This document shows, one piece after another, positions 1-12,414 of a stretch of 64,000 nucleotides of DNA. Position 1 is the stretch's first letter; each line of letters begins with the position of its first letter. The notes beneath the pieces were generated by a model. That model was not told the DNA's origin. It ran no database searches and saw only the letters and a list, made by a program, of their open reading frames with translations. This DNA is from Octopus sinensis (Eukaryota): positions 13,702,001 through 13,766,000 of the forward strand of contig NC_043007.1 of NCBI RefSeq assembly GCF_006345805.1, in the 5' to 3' direction. The translations under genes and the position numbers were made by a program.

Positions 1-265
1 AAGAAGAAATTAATATAAAAGCAGTAAAAAAAAAAATTTGATATAACAAAATTATTAAGAACAAAAAAATAAAGAAAGAAAAATAAACTAAAAGTCTTAT
101 CAGAGCAAATATACAGAAATCAAAAGAAACAATAAATAAATAAGTAATAAATAAAGTCATTAAATAACATTGAAATCAATCAGAAATATGCACTGATCAA
201 ATAAAAAATAAAAACAAAACTGAAAAAAAAATAAAGAAAAGAAATAATAACAACGTCAGCGTACG

Positions 266-309
<44 letters not shown>

Positions 310-450
310 AAACCTACACACACATACATATATACGTATACATGTACATACGTATATAAACCAATTATACGTCATCCCATATTCACAAACACAAAATCAC
401 ACACAGGCCACATACATATGCTTACATTATACATGCACGCACGCACAATC

Positions 451-485
<35 letters not shown>

Positions 486-513
486 CATGTATGTTTGCAT
501 GTATACATGTATG

Positions 514-545
<32 letters not shown>

Positions 546-1402
546 TATATGTACTTTTCGTACGTGCGTGTGTGGTGATTCTACGTAGGCCTTTTCATAC
601 ATGTATATTATTTACTAATGCATATGAAGCAATTTTTATTCTAAAAGTCCAGGCAGCAGAATTTCAATAAAGACAGATAAAGCAAAACAATAAAAATTAA
701 ATGCAACGAAAATATTTGTAGAAAAAAAATATGAAAAATAATCTGAAAAACTCAAATGGGATAACAGAGTTGCTTTTATTGTAATTTATAGATTTATTAT
801 GTCGTATTACAGTTGATTCATAAAGAAATAACTTCAATATGATCAAATGATACGATTTTATTCATATTTTCACAGCATTATACGTTAATGTAATATGTAA
901 TAAATATAATAAGCATTTAGCTTTGTGAATGTGACGTTATTATGTTTTATTTATTCCGTGTATTTGTGTTTTGAATTTAATGGGCAATGAGTCGGGCTCA
1001 CAAGTTTTCACCAGCGAATCTGTATGTCTATGTATGTATGTATGTATGTATGTATGTATGTATGTATGTACATGTGCAAGTGTGTACATATGTATGCATG
1101 CATGTATATATATATATGTATATATTTATACATCCATGAATATATATATATGTATGCTTGTGTATATATGTATATATATATATATGTAAAAAAGTGTGTA
1201 ATATGTATGTACAAATTATTTATGCATGTATATATATATGTATATATTTATACATACATGAATATATATATGTATGCTTGTGTATATATGTATATGAATA
1301 TATATATATATATATGTAAGAAAGTGTGTACGTATGCATGCATGTATGTAAGAATGCGGGTATGGATCCGTGTATGCATGCGTATGAATATATATGTATG
1401 TA

Positions 1403-1467
<65 letters not shown>

Positions 1468-2073
1468 GAGAGAGAGAGAGTTACGTTATGGGCATACATA
1501 TATTTGTACATACGTACATATATATATATATATTTGTGTATGCGTGTATGTCTGTGTGTGTATGAATGTATACCCGCACATATTCATGGTAATTAAATTC
1601 AGACATGTACATCGCATTTAAATGTGCATTTGAATAAGTACATTTTATGGTATGGCATCTGTGTACATATTATTTATTGGGTAGGATAAACACACACACA
1701 AATCTACATGCGTTCGCACACACAAATATATATATGTGTGTTCTGTATGTGAGTGTGCATATCTGTGTGAGTGTGGGTGTATGAGTGTGAGTGTTGCTGT
1801 ATGTATGTATGTGCGTATAGCGTATGGAGTTCAGAGTATTTACATTTTAATACAAGAATAAAGAGTAACAGGAAATATCACTGTCAACGTGACATATTTC
1901 ATGTTTCTATAATTTTTCATCAAAGATATAGGTAGGAACGGCGATGACAACGCTGATGAGGCGGAGGAAGGAAAGAAACAAGGAGAGGAAAAAATGCAGC
2001 GGGGTGGTGGTGGTGGTGGATGGGAGAGGTCGATTAGGCAATCGGGAGTAGAAGTGGGAAGAGGGGAAGGAAC

Positions 2074-2261
2074 ATGAGGATGTTGTTAATGATAATGATG
2101 TTGATGATTATGTGGAAAGTGATTGAGAATGACGATAACACTAATGGTGGTCATGATGATGATGATCATGATGAATATAATGATGATGATGATGTAGATT
2201 ATGATGATGATGACGATGATGTTGATTTTAAAGATGTCGACAAGAGTGGCAATGATGGAGG

Positions 2262-2293
<32 letters not shown>

Positions 2294-2524
2294 GTGATGA
2301 TGATAATGATGATGATCATGATGATGATGATCACGATGATTATCATGATGATGATCATGATGATCATGACGATGATAATGATGATGATAATGATGATAAT
2401 GACGATGATGATAATTTTAAAGATGTTGACAAAAGTGACAATGATGGAGGTGATGATGATGATGATGATGAGGATGATCACGATGATTATCATGATGATG
2501 ATCATGATTATCATGTTGATGATG

Positions 2525-2556
<32 letters not shown>

Positions 2557-3369
2557 GATGATGATAATCCTGATTATGATGATGATGATGATAATGACGA
2601 TGATGATGATTTTAAAGATGTCGACAAAAGTGACAATGTTGTAGGTGATGATGATGATGATGCTGACTGTGTTGCTTCTGGGTGTAGGAATGACGGTGTT
2701 CATCGTTTTGCTGATACTGAGTAATGTTTCTGATGCCTCGTCTTATAATGTTGATGGAGGTTAAAAGGGTAACTATACCCTTCTTTTTCGACACCCCTGT
2801 CTATGTTTGTCCGAGACGACAACGCACCATTGGACGATGACGACAATGAACAAGAAGAGGTTGACGCCAATTGGAATTGTGATGGTTTTGAAGAAGATGA
2901 GGAAATTATCGATGGGAGGGAGGCTGAAGTGTCTGTGATGATAAAGGTAGGGTTGATGAAGCTGACGGCACTAACAGCAACTACGATGACGAAGATGAGG
3001 AGAATGATGTTTACGATGACGATGGTGATGCAGGAAAGTAGATGAGGAAGAAATGATGATGATGCTGATAATGATGACGATGATGACAACGACGATGACG
3101 ACGTCGACGATGACGAAGACGATGAAAAGGATGAGGAGGAGGAGGAGGAGGAGGTTAATGGTGATGATGATGATGACGACGACGACGAAGATAACAATGA
3201 TGACGGTGATGATGATGATGATATTGATGATGATGATGATGATGACGACGAAGACGATAACGACGATGACGATGAGGATAATGATGATGATGATGATGAC
3301 GACGACGACGATAACGATGATGATGATGATGATGATGATCATGATCATGACGACGACGACGACGATGAC

Positions 3370-3408
<39 letters not shown>

Positions 3409-3420
3409 TGTAGCGATGTT
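2074..3420. repeat. Compound (GAT/GAC)n microsatellite field with a roughly 190-bp higher-order repeat
   Basis: GAT/GAC runs; the unit ttt aaa gat gtc gac aa(g/a) agt g(g/a)c aat recurs at 2227, 2416 and 2611 (spacings 189 and 195). Confidence 0.9.
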
Positions 3421-3732
3421 GGTGCTGACAGTGATTATGGCATAAACAGTGAAGAAACAATATAAAGCTCACCCCCCCCCCCCAACGCCGTACTTCTATT
3501 GGGGAAAAAATGTCGTCGGTAGTGCCGATGGTAATGATGACTAACGATGAATCCGGAAAATCCCCACCTTTACTTGTTCGTAATTAACGATCAACCTTAC
3601 CTGATCACTAATAATGGAGAAGAATGTAGAAAAGAAGGATCCTGGCTATTATGATGATTATAAAATTTGAAGCGGATTTTATTATTGTTGTATCATAGTT
3701 TGTAAATTGTATAATTGTTGTCTTGCCGTTTG

Positions 3733-4057
3733 CCCCAGTGGTTACAGCGTCGGGCTCACAATCATGAGGTATTGAGTTCGATTTCCGGACCGGGTTGTGC
3801 GCTGTGCTCATGAGCAGGGCACTTTATTTCACGTTGCTCTACTTCATTCAGCTGTAGAAACGAGTTGTGACGTCATTGATGCCAAGCTTTATCGTCATTT
3901 TGCTTTCTCATTGGTAAAATCAGTGTCGCGGAGTGGAGAAGCTGGTATACATGGGCAACTGCCTGTCTTCCATAAACAACCTCTCTTGTACTTGTGCCTC
4001 GGAGGGGAACTTTCTAGGTGTAATCCCACTGTCGTTCTTGACCGAAGGGGGTCTCTA
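3733..4057 (+). mobile_element. tRNA-headed SINE, family E (diverged)
   Basis: A-box-like ccccagtggtt, B-box-like gagttcgatttcc, then a ctgtgctcatgagcagggcactttatttcacgttgctc body resembling the family C body; boundaries approximate. Confidence 0.6.
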
Positions 4058-4269
4058 CCGGTTTTGCCTCGTTATATGTTTTCATGATTGAGCTGAGCAA
4101 ACAAACCATTTGGTGAATTTCGAGATAATATTTCTTATTTGATAGATCTTGCTATTCGATTCTCATCGCAAATCAAACAGTGTTGGATTGTATTTTTAAT
4201 TGCTTTATGAGGAAGAGTTAGAAAAATTTTGAGTATATATAAGCGCAGGTCTGATCGTTTGATAAGAAG

Positions 4270-4405
4270 CTTCCATCCAAATGACATAATTTCGGTTTCA
4301 GTCTCACTGCCAAGCACCTTACGCTGATGGCTTCTCCTATTGTGTAGGATCGATCAAAGTCTTGTCGGTGAATTTGGTAGACGGAAACATGGAGATGCCT
4401 GTAGT
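4270..4405 (+). mobile_element. Old SINE family B fragment (head/core)
   Basis: ggtttcagtctcactg...gatcaaagtcttgtcggtgaatttggtagacggaaac aligns by eye with intact B copies such as 25169-25325. Confidence 0.55.
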
Positions 4406-4418
4406 TTATCTATCTATG

Positions 4419-4475
<57 letters not shown>

Positions 4476-4476
4476 G

Positions 4477-4519
<43 letters not shown>

Positions 4520-4524
4520 CGCTG

Positions 4525-4581
<57 letters not shown>

Positions 4582-4826
4582 CTATCTACCTACCAACATA
4601 CCTACCTGTCTGCCTGTCTGTCTGTCTGTTCGTATTTATGTCCGTTTATCTATCTACCTGTCTGTCAGTCTGTCTGATTGTCTATCAATCTATCTATCTA
4701 TCTAACTATATTTCTATCTACCTCTACCTCTCTGTCAGTCGTCTGTTTCTCTGTCAGTTTGTATGTCTGTCCTGTCTGATTATATGTCTATCTAATCTAT
4801 CTATCTATCTATATATTATCTATCTA

Positions 4827-4830
<4 letters not shown>
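4405..4830. repeat. (TCTA)n/(TCTG)n tetranucleotide array
   Basis: Direct inspection. Confidence 0.95.
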
Positions 4831-4873
<43 letters not shown>

Positions 4874-4906
4874 ATACATATATATCTGTCTGTCTGTCTA
4901 TATATC

Positions 4907-4938
<32 letters not shown>

Positions 4939-4949
4939 TACTGTTCCGT

Positions 4950-5001
4950 GTACCTGATGAATATGTTTGAGATATTTTTCAACATATGAAACTATTGGTA
5001 C
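4950..5001 (+). ncRNA. Type I hammerhead-ribozyme-like motif (cleavage triplet degenerate)
   Basis: gtac-CTGATGA-atatgtt...aacatat-GAAA-ctattg-gtac: both core boxes intact, 7-bp stem II, 4-bp stem I. Confidence 0.55.
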
Positions 5002-5057
5002 CCCTTAAGACATGTAGTGTGTCCTTTAAATAAATCCTATATATATACTTAAACACA

Positions 5058-5088
<31 letters not shown>

Positions 5089-5345
5089 TTACATATATAT
5101 ATATCATCATCCAGTGTTTTAGATCCGGGTTTTGTCCCCGTTACCGGGTGTGGCCGGATCTACAATGGCATGAGACTTCCTTGGAGCTGGATTTTCTACG
5201 AGGAGCATGCCCTTACTTAGAAATGAGTAGCTCTGAGACCAAGGCCTCTACCACAATTTTTAAGAAATGTGGTGGAAAACTAGGTGAGGAAGGCAGTTAT
5301 GGTAATCCCTGAGACACATTTTCGGAGGCCCCCTATATCTATATT

Positions 5346-5405
<60 letters not shown>

Positions 5406-5482
5406 TATATATATAACTTAACTTAGAATAACCTAGAAAGGTTTTGGCCAGTATTGGCCCAGGTCATATCAAACTTAATAGC

Positions 5483-5905
5483 ACCACCTGGCGAAGTCTT
5501 TCTCAATTCAGGATTTGGGCACCAAGGCCCATTCTAGCTGAGAGTTATTGTTTGCGAAGACATATCCGGGTGTGGGTGGTTTGTCCGGGACTGTCTGAAG
5601 GAATATGTCCAAAGACTTCTTGAATTCTGTGTGGTCAGTTTCTGTTTTGATGTGTCCTGGTGTAATGTTGAAGAGAGCAGGTCCAATTGAGGTGAAATAA
5701 TTGTACCGTATTGTTGTTATAAGATTCGATTTAGATTTTTGTTGTCGACGCATGCCACGGGGTCAAAGTCTTGCATGTATTGTGAAGGTGAAGCCAACAT
5801 CATTTGGACAGTGCTGATGGAATATTCTCCACATCATATAGATAATGTAGCGTTCACGGCGTCGTTGGAGTAGATACACTTTCAGCTCTTCTAGTTGACA
5901 TTCAT
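5483..5905 (-). mobile_element. CR1-type LINE 3' fragment (RT C-terminus), a different family from the 17-20 kb element
   Basis: Minus-strand translation LQRRRERYIIYMMW...GPALFNITP...FKKSLDIFLQTVPDKP parallels LERRRERY...GPQLFN...VPDEP in the 19287-20240 ORF. Confidence 0.85.
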
Positions 5906-6177
5906 ACATACATATATTTATATATATATATATATATTATATAGATATATATTATATATATATATATATATATAATAATAATAATATTAGGGATTAATCA
6001 AAACTTCAGGCAAAAAATTAGATTTAAGATTAAATCAAATTTCACAGTATAAATATATATTTATAAATATATAAAACCACTATTAGGCAAATCAAACAGT
6101 GAAGACATAAACCAAAACATAAAAATAAATATATAATATAATATGTAAAATTTATAAAATTTAAAATTTTAAATTAT

Positions 6178-6257
6178 GGTTTGCGAAGACCTATCCGGGT
6201 GTGGGTGGTTTGTCCGGGACTGTTTGAAGGAATATGTCCAAAGACTTCTTGAATTTG
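6178..6257 (-). mobile_element. Second short copy of the same CR1 3' segment
   Basis: tttgcgaagacctatccgggtgtgggtggtttgtccgggactg...gacttcttgaatt is nearly identical to about 5550-5627. Confidence 0.8.
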
Positions 6258-6279
6258 TGTTATTGTATGTATGAATATG

Positions 6280-6327
<48 letters not shown>

Positions 6328-6336
6328 TATATATAT

Positions 6337-6378
<42 letters not shown>

Positions 6379-6409
6379 TATATAAATATATATAATATAT
6401 ATAATTACA

Positions 6410-6645
6410 CGATTGTGTGTATGTGTGTCTCATTGTGTTTGACTCACAGCTTGACCAACCGGTGTTGGTATTCTTATGTCTCCATCACTTGGCGGTTCGG
6501 CAAAGCATACCTATAGAATAAATACCAGGCCTGAAAGCTACAACAATAACAAAAATATATTGACCTCGATTTGTTCGACTAAAAGTCTAATGAGGAAAAC
6601 AAGAGATCAAAGGAGATATATAAGCAAAGGTAAAAAATAAAAGTC

Positions 6646-6676
<31 letters not shown>

Positions 6677-6728
6677 CAGGTGGTACTCCAGCATGGCCGC
6701 ATTAAAGTGACTGAAACAAGTAAAAGAA
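6410..6728 (+). mobile_element. Old SINE family B 3' half, interrupted
   Basis: aaccggtgttgg...ggcggttcggcaaa...ggtactccagcatggccgca...gtgactgaaacaagtaaaaga tail. Confidence 0.65.
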
Positions 6729-6776
6729 CACACACACACACAAACACACATACACAAACTCATACACACACACACC

Positions 6777-6807
<31 letters not shown>

Positions 6808-7314
6808 GCATATATATATGGTTATTCTAATCACACGAAACAAAGCCGTTTTGTTAATTAAAGCTAGCTGCATAGCCGAGATATACTGGTAGAAACAATT
6901 AATGGTAATATTACAAAAAGAATATCTAGTTTTTGTATGAATTTATTCGAATTTAAATTTCCGAATATTGATTTCTCTCTCGTTTGAATCTATTTTAAAC
7001 CATTCTTTTTTTTCTTCTTATTGTAATACAGCGAACAATAATTTTTTTTCTCCATTATTTGTTAATGAACTCTTTTTCTCTCTCGATTACGCACCGATTA
7101 TAACTTCTTTCATTTTCAACTCTCTTGGCGCATACATACAACGACTCATCCATCCATCCATCCATGCATATACACAAATAATATTTATGTGTGTCTATGT
7201 ATATATATATATATATATATAAATAATAGATATGAATATCTATATAAATATAAAGATAGATAGATATATAGATAGATAAATACATGCATCCATACGTCCG
7301 TATATATACGTACG

Positions 7315-7345
<31 letters not shown>

Positions 7346-7387
7346 TATATATATATAATATATATATCTATATATATATATATATAT

Positions 7388-7475
<88 letters not shown>

Positions 7476-8550
7476 TATATATTATATATATATGTATGTA
7501 TACATACACTTGTGCGTTTGAACAGGGTAGAGAAAAGCTTTTCAAATTCTGAAGATTTTTCAATTATTTGTTTTTAAACAATTTGACATATGAAATATAA
7601 ATGTTGAAGAATTATAATTTGGTAATATTATATATTGACAACAAAATCTGCACAGAAAACAAACTGATAATTAGAAAATCTACCGGAAAAAATCCTGAGT
7701 TGAGATATGCCGGAAACATATAGACATAATGAGAGATCGTATTTAATTTACAATTTCGAAAAATAAATAAATAAAATTTGTAATTAAATAAATAAATGTA
7801 AAAATGGTAAAGCAACAACGGAAATTATAATCTTCACTTTTTGAAATATTAGAACATATATCAATGGATATTACGTTAGTGGAAATTTTCTTTTAAATAT
7901 TAAAAATAAAATTAGAAATGAAAAAATTTTATAGAGCACAATAAAATTTTTCGAATATTTCACAGAAATAGTATTTCCTTCAAATAATTAATTAACTTTA
8001 AGAAATCGTAGTCACACGTTTGTAGATAATGAGAATATTAACAGAATATGCTGGTAATTGTCATATTGCGAAAGCTACACATGGCGATTGAAACTAAAGA
8101 GAACAACCTCTAGTTATATGCCAAAGTAGTTTCAATGAAACTGTAGCGTGAATTCTAAGGCCGATCTATAGGATAGTTCTCGTCTTTAAAAACTAAACGT
8201 TCTGAGACAATTATATTCACTTTTAATATATATAATAATATATATATATATATAGATATATATATAATATATCTATTATATATATATATATATATTCATA
8301 AGTTAAAGAACCAGAAGCATAGAAATCTTTAATGCGCAATTAGTAAAGCATTGGTATTCTGACAAATATTAGCCATGTTTGCTTATGAAAGATTGTTTTA
8401 CATAATAATGTAATAAGCAATGCATGTGAAAGAATACACATATATATCTGTAATGGCATGAATAACATAAGGGAAGCTGTATAAAAATCTCGATGTGTTA
8501 GTAGCTGTTACGAACAACATTGAGGTTTTTGAAATATCGAGAAATTAAAA

Positions 8551-9104
8551 TATTGGGTTGTCCGGAAAGTTCGTGCCGATTTATAGTAGCTTAACTTTCG
8601 ACTTATTTTAGATCATGGTTGAGTCCATAAAATAGGATTTGACAACACCTTCATTTAGAGCACAGTTTAAGCTGTCTTTTCGTGGAAGAAGGTTTATGTT
8701 CATATAACTTATGTTAATTTTGTAACCGTTTAAAATGGGAGATAAGAAAGTTCATTTTCGTCATTTGATGCTTTTCTTTTTCTGTAAAGGGACAAATGAC
8801 TCACAAGCAACCAAAGAAATATGCGCACTTTACGGTGATGTTTCTTTATCGAAAGAACTGTATGGAAGTGGTTCGCAAAGTTCCGAGCTGGAGCTTTTAG
8901 CCTTATTGATAAAGAGCGATCAGGCAGATCATCCACAACAGATGATGACCAAATCAAGTCATTAATTGAGAATAACCCGAGAATTGGCAGAAAGCCTCAA
9001 CCTATCAAATTCCGTCGTTCATGAGCACCTGGTAAACTTGTGTAATGATCTTTTTCTTTTTCTTTCATTTAAAAATCGGTACGAACTTTCCGGACAACCC
9101 AATA
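8551..9104 (+). mobile_element. Internally deleted mariner (Tc1/mariner) element retaining the transposase N-terminus
   Basis: TA + ttgggttgtccggaaagttcgtgccgattt ITR and its inverted copy ending aa + TA; encodes MGDKKVHFRHLMLFFFCKGTNDSQATKEICALYG and a frameshifted WFAKFR HTH region. Confidence 0.92.
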
Positions 9105-9354
9105 TTATTGAGTCACAAGTTTCCGAATAGAATTATTGACATAAACTAAATGAGTTCTTACGTAATAATTTAATATTTGTTAAAGGAAAATTAATCAGTT
9201 CCAAACGAGAATATGACTTGCGTATTGTCCTGTACTACATCCATATATCAACAATACTTTGAGGGCTGTCTCTACTTGATTCGACAAAATAATGGATGCT
9301 TACAAACCAGTAACTGGTTGCACTGACTTCGTCCTAAATCATCAAGCAGCAAGC

Positions 9355-9924
9355 TATTGAGTTGTCTGGAAAGTTCGTGCCGATTTTTAAAGGAAAGAAA
9401 AAGGTCAATAAATACTTGCCATTACATTTTTCATCAACCAAATATGAACCATTTTGTTGTACAACGCGTCTCCATCTTCCCATTAACTTGAAAATACCCT
9501 CTTCCCAGAATTGAGGGGGTTTCATGGCAAAGAATTCATCAAGGTATCTTTTTACGTCATCCGAGGAACTGAAATTTTTACCATTAAGACTATTCTGCAG
9601 ATACCTGAATAAGTGGAAATCCAAACGAGCAATATCTGGTGAATATGGAGGGTGGGGTAACACAACCCAGCCAAGCTGCAGTATTTTTTGTGTGGTTCCC
9701 AAAGCATCAAGTGCCGAAAATGAACTTTTTTATCTTCCATTTTAAAGGGTTACAGAATTAACACAGGTTATAGGAACATAAACCTTCTTCCACGAAAAGG
9801 TAGCTCAAACTGTGCTCGAAATGGAGGTGTAGTCAAATCCTATTTTATGGACTCAACCATGTTCTAAAGTAACTCGAAAGGCAAGCTACTATAAATCGGC
9901 ATGAACTTTCCGGACAACTCAATA
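9355..9924 (-). mobile_element. Internally deleted mariner, same ITR family, retaining the transposase C-terminus
   Basis: TA-flanked ITRs; minus-strand MEDKKVHFRHLML is fused to LGWVVLPHPPYSPDIA..DFHLFRYLQNSL...RWRRVVQQNGSY, which contains the mariner YSPD(L/I)A motif. Confidence 0.93.
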
Positions 9925-10181
9925 TTTATGTCTAAAACTGTTACAATGATATCATTTAACCAATGACATACAGTTAGTAAAATTTTTCTGTGTTTTATTA
10001 TCATTGGCGGCAATATTGATGTTCAATGAAATCACTAAATTATTAATGTAAGATATTGGTCGACTTTCAGGCATCACGCTGTTAAACAGAGGGTTGTAAT
10101 GGCTCCAAATATAACACGATGACAGTCTTTTAAAAATCCTTTTATTGTATGGTGATAGACACGAAACATCGTATGCTGGAA

Positions 10182-10216
<35 letters not shown>

Positions 10217-10574
10217 GTTAGGAGTAAAAAATGGAATTGAGAAATTGAGGAAAGATACTAACAAAGCAATCCGTTTTAAAAGAATTCACAAGATCCAACA
10301 GTAAGACACCTGTAAATTTAAGTAGAGTACACGTTAAAGGTAAACTTTCATCTATGACAAGTAGATCCAAATATGCTTTTGAAGAATTTCGAGAAATTAT
10401 GAGTATTTGATAACAAAAATATGTAACTATGCAGAACACTTTATACAGCCGACAATTGTTGCACACGCACACAGACACACATACTCACTCATGCATATAT
10501 ATATTATATATATATTATAATATATATATAATATATATATATATTATAAAATATATATATACATACATAAATAT

Positions 10575-10612
10575 AGATAGATAGATAGATAGTAGATAGA
10601 TTGATAGATAGG

Positions 10613-10643
<31 letters not shown>

Positions 10644-10778
10644 GTATAGATAGATAGATAGATGATAGATAGATAGATAGATTAGATAGATAGATAGATG
10701 ATAGAGAAGATAGATAGATAGATAGATAGATGATGATAGATAGATAGATTGATAGATAGATAGATAGATAGATAGGTG

Positions 10779-10829
<51 letters not shown>

Positions 10830-10845
10830 TGATAGATAGAAAGAT
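10575..10845. repeat. (TAGA)n array
   Basis: Direct inspection. Confidence 0.95.
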
Positions 10846-11035
10846 ATATATGAAATACCACTGAAACTAATATTAAAATTTCCGAAAATATATGTTAACA
10901 TAATGTTATCAAGGCAAACCGAAATTAGTGCAAAAAACCAAAATTAGTAAATATATGCTGCAAATATTTCCAGAATATGTATACTTGTCGATATTGAATG
11001 AAATTATTGATGTTCTAAAAAGACTGGCGGCTATA

Positions 11036-11414
11036 TTCTCTGAGATTGGTGAAATTCATGTAGATGTCTCTGATGAGAATCCAATAATATTCGAAAAATC
11101 GATTACGTTTGTTCATCAATTGTTCAGTCTATGGAGAAACAGCCTAATAGCCATGTTCATGAAGGTACTATGTTTGTTACATATATTACATAATATCTTG
11201 TTTAATTGTAGACTGAGATCGCCGATGATATTAAATACATTGTTAACACAGCATGCAAATTATACGCACCAGTTTCTTGTAGGTACTGAAATATGCAGAT
11301 TCGTGGCTTGTTTCTCTGGGATTGGTCAAATTCATGTAGATGCCTGTGATGGTAATCCTTTAAGATTTTAAAATCGATTAAGTTTGTTCATCAATGTTTC
11401 AGTCCCTGGAGAAA
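11036..11414 (+). repeat. Roughly 104-bp diverged direct repeat (11036-11139 and 11312-11414)
   Basis: ttctctg(a/g)gattggt(g/c)aaattcatgtagatg...aaaatcgatta(c/a)gtttgttcatcaat...ggagaaa occurs twice, about 276 bp apart. Confidence 0.85.
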
Positions 11415-11499
11415 TATCTAAATTAGATTTAGGAATCTACTGTTTCCATATGTGTGTGCATGCATGTGTGTGTGTTTGTATGTGTTACGTGTATGTGTG

Positions 11500-11530
<31 letters not shown>

Positions 11531-11592
11531 CATTATATATATATATATATATATAATATGTGTATATATATATGTATATATATATGTATATA

Positions 11593-11647
<55 letters not shown>

Positions 11648-12414
11648 ATATATATAATATATATATATATAAATTTATTATATATATATATTCTAATATA
11701 ACGATATATAAACTCAACGGGAAAATGGACATTAGTACGCGAAAATATGAGGAAATATTAGACTTTACTCTGTTAACAATACATGGTAAATGCTTATGAT
11801 TATATTTACCGAATTTCAATCTCAACCATTTCCTAAAACACATCGTGAAATTATATTGCAAGAAAAAACTCTGAAAAAACTGTAGCAAATTACAATCGCC
11901 AGCAACTGTCTCTAAGCGAAAATCTAAATGACATATATACTAATAATTGAAATTTTAGGACACTTTTCTCCGGCTCCTTGAAGGAAGTAATATCTCAAGC
12001 AATATTGACTATGCCACAATGGTAACCACAAACACGATACCAACTACAACATATACATTTGTAAACTCTACAGCAAGCAATTCAAGTCACGATACAACCG
12101 ACACATGCACTCTATTTGTGACCCAAACAGGAAATAAATCATTACCCAAACATGTGTTTCGATAACATTCTATCTTAATTTACAACTTGGATTTATAACA
12201 TATTTACTATAAATTAAATTGTGTTAATTCGTCAACGGCACGTTTTGGGGATTAACTAACATATTTCTATAAAATATCCAAGTGTTAGAATATAAAATTT
12301 CAGAGAAATAGTGATCAAGCCTATCAAAATTTGACGTCACATTTCTTCTTCGATATATAGTATCGATATGCGATTAAGATGACTATCACTGCTATTAGAA
12401 TATATAAGAGATAT

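Noticed and set aside
307-1621. YI/CV/HT-rich ORFs here and throughout the window
   Set aside because: They are translations of (TA)n, (TG)n and (TATG)n microsatellites, which lack stops in several frames; there is no coding signal.
2086-3472. Poly-I, poly-M, poly-H and poly-S ORFs
   Set aside because: Alternative frames of the (GAT)n field.
10928-11371. 147-aa ORF MQKTKISKY...
   Set aside because: No recognisable domain; it spans the internal direct repeat and AT-rich DNA, so it is probably a chance frame in a repeat remnant.
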